Source: Phoronis australis (lineage: Eukaryota > Animalia > Phoronida). Taken from it: a stretch of 64,000 bases of DNA. A program made the translations under genes and the position numbers. The notes beneath the pieces were generated by a model that saw nothing but the letters and a program-made list of their open reading frames with translations, did not search any database and was not told where the DNA came from. The DNA lies in the NCBI GenBank assembly GCA_002633005.1, contig NMRA01000011.1:1861238-1925237 (forward strand), written 5' to 3'. The first letter of the stretch is position 1, and each line of letters begins with the position of its first letter. This document shows positions 63,809 through 64,000 of this stretch, piece by piece.

Positions 63809-64000
63809 GAAAACAACAACGGTTTTAAAACTTGACATGTTTCGGTGTCATTTATTAAACACCATCCTCAGAAGTCATAATACAGTGGCCACCTAGCTAG
63901 GCCCAGCAACAAGTAATGAAGCACAGATACAGTCAGTTACAGGGAGTGACAATGAACTATACCAACAATGACAACCTGTGGTGTGTCAGTTGCCTATTGA
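63809..64000 (-). mobile_element. Penelope family A 3' end running off the window
   Basis: Highly similar to 4826-5018. Confidence 0.85.
63830..63875 (-). ncRNA. Minimal type I hammerhead ribozyme
   Basis: Minus actt-CTGAGGA-t-GGTGT...ACACC-GAAACATGTC-aagt; intact stems I and II, GUC triplet. Confidence 0.8.

Overview
AT-rich animal genomic DNA (probably a marine invertebrate; inference), almost entirely decayed transposable elements, with two assembly gaps (19949-20611, 36972-37929). One host gene is supported: a TMEM272-like membrane protein with phase-compatible exons 34219-34446 and 45256-45446 across a 10.8-kb TE-filled intron; a possible first exon lies at 32480-32573. DNA transposons: a Kolobok with both TIRs, TTAA TSDs, a THAP exon and a convergent spliced KolX gene (18994-22607); two copies of a second Kolobok family; an ISL2EU-like THAP/SAP element; hAT, pogo/HIRAN-like and possible Sola3-like remnants; MITEs. 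Retroelements: two Penelope-like families with inverted pseudo-LTRs, one carrying four minimal hammerhead ribozymes; a rearranged HERO-like LINE; CR1/L2-like and L1/Tx1-like fragments; tRNA-derived SINE heads. I found no clear new biological system. The least explained structure is an inverted-repeat segment carrying two convergent, related C2H2 zinc-finger pseudo-exons (about 10.3-13.4 kb). All family calls are by-eye motif recognition without database searches, and most boundaries are approximate.
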